Made by a program: the position numbers and the translations under genes. From Sedimentisphaerales bacterium (GTDB taxonomy: Bacteria > Planctomycetota > Phycisphaerae > Sedimentisphaerales > SM23-30), in assembly GCA_963663965.2 (NCBI GenBank), contig CAXXFK010000031.1, positions 137,097 to 201,096 on the forward strand: a stretch of 64,000 nt of DNA, written 5' to 3'. The notes below the pieces were generated by a model. The model was not told the origin of the DNA. It ran no database searches and was given only the letters and a program-made list of their open reading frames with translations. Below, one piece after another: positions 62,756 to 64,000 of the stretch. Numbering within the stretch: the first letter of the stretch is position 1; each line of letters opens with the position of its first letter.

Positions 62756-64000
62756 TTAGTGATGCATGTCCTGTTTAAATTGCGGCAATAACGGGATATA
62801 CTTTTCCGGATCTTCCAGAAAAATGTCGTCGCATCCAGGACAGCAGAAATAGACTTTCTTTCCTTTATATTCAATGAAATACTGTTTATTGATTTTCCCT
62901 CCATCACGGGACAGAACTGTTGCTCCAACGGCCCCATTTTTTCACCTTCCATTGTCATCATACTGTTACCTGCCTGAATTTGCAATGCCGAGTCAATTTT
63001 AAAGTTGCCGTGTGTGACAACCATATCACCTTCCTCAACACCTTCTGTGACCTGATAATAAACACTCACCCTGGGGCCTAACGTAATGGTCTTCGCCTGA
63101 AAATGCGGATGATCCCCGCCCTGGGTTTGTACATAAACCACCGATCGTTTCCCCGTAAACAAGACCGCCGATGCCGGCACCACCAGTGGTGGCTGGCCCT
63201 TTTCTAGCGTATGATATCCCAAGGTATCGGGTTTGACCAGCTTCATCCCACAGATCACACAGGTTTCTTCATGGTTGCTGATAACGGAAGGATGCATCGG
63301 ACAGATCCACTTGTCGGCAAGTTCAGGTTCAATCACCTGTCCGCCGCCAGCAATCGCCGGTCGAACGATCGCCCGTACAAACATATCAGGTTTTAAACGT
63401 AAATTGTCATTGGCAATATTAACTCGAATCGCTACCGTACGCGTTTTGGCGTTCAGAATCGGAGAGATAAATGTGATCGTCCCATTAAATATTTCACCCG
63501 GATAAGACTCTGTCGTAAACTCAACCGGTTGTCCATAACGCAGCCAGACCAGATCCGCTTCATAGGCATCCAGTATGCCCCATAGCCGGGTCAGATCGGC
63601 AATCGTATAAAGCGGCGCTCCAGTTTTGACATATTCCCCCTCGTTTACATGCTTATTAATAACAATGCCATCACGGGGGGCATAAAGCGTCAGGGTATCA
63701 GATACGACACGTTCTTTTTTAATCGTATCAACCTGTTCTTCCGTCAGTCCCGACAATAGCAATTTATCCCGCGCTGCCTGTAATGTGTCGGTGATTGAAC
63801 GCCGAACCATATCAGAAATTCCTGTCTCCATTTGCTCGGCAGTCGCCAGAGCCTGTAGATACTCTCCCTGTGCGGCAATCAATTCCGGACTGTAAAGTTC
63901 AACCATATGATCGCCTTTAATGACCCGGGTACCGGTAAAATCGACAAACATTCGATCGATCCGCCCTGGAATCCAGGCGGTAATATGTTTGATATTTGAT
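62756..64000 (-). CDS. cusB: RND periplasmic adaptor (CusB-like) with heavy-metal-binding and C-terminal YHS domains; 5'-partial, frameshift at ~62895
   Basis: YSPELIAAQ, LYTIADL, LKPDMF, WICPMHP..CVICGMKL, GNFKIDS; shifted frame continues INKQYFIEYKGKKVYFCCPGCDDIFLEDPEKY...HH* to 62756. Confidence 0.88.

Noticed and set aside
1..64000. CRISPR array, cas genes, rRNA, prophage structural genes, reverse-transcriptase systems
   Set aside because: No regularly spaced repeat-spacer array or recognisable motifs found by eye; a short degenerate array could have been missed.

Overview
Accessory, heavily rearranged 64 kb region of a bacterium that probably belongs to the Planctomycetota (Phycisphaerae/Sedimentisphaerales-like). 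This is inferred from the style of the secreted modular proteins and the island-end micro-ORFs and has not been tested. Left to right: (1) a complete N-ATPase operon, atpDCQRBEFAG, whose c subunit carries the Na+-binding signature; (2) truncated LuxR, GH94 and IS66 relics joined at sharp junctions; (3) a large secreted HExxH / left-handed beta-helix / LamG protein and an AbiEi antitoxin relic; (4) a ~23 kb island (14268-37512) bounded by two direct copies of a tmRNA-like 3' end with matching internal 18-bp repeats; (5) a second small island remnant carrying a GC-rich tandem esterase; (6) a plant-glycan CAZyme cluster (GH29, SGNH, GH5, GH51, GH146/127, GH43 and a GH51-GH146 fusion); (7) a CusAB-type heavy-metal RND system with YHS domains. 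The 23 kb island encodes four nucleoside-hydrolase-like DUF1593 domains on two giant secreted proteins that share a 55-bp upstream element. It also encodes an AraC regulator and a sugar ABC / DUF2291 / isomerase / split transketolase / FGGY kinase operon resembling the D-apiose transketolase pathway. The best candidate for a new system is this island: DUF1593 proteins as apiofuranose-releasing enzymes, feeding an apiose pathway that uses an L-fucose-isomerase-family enzyme in place of the known apiose isomerase. Many single-base frameshifts in homopolymers suggest long-read consensus errors. All family calls come from motif recognition; no searches were run.
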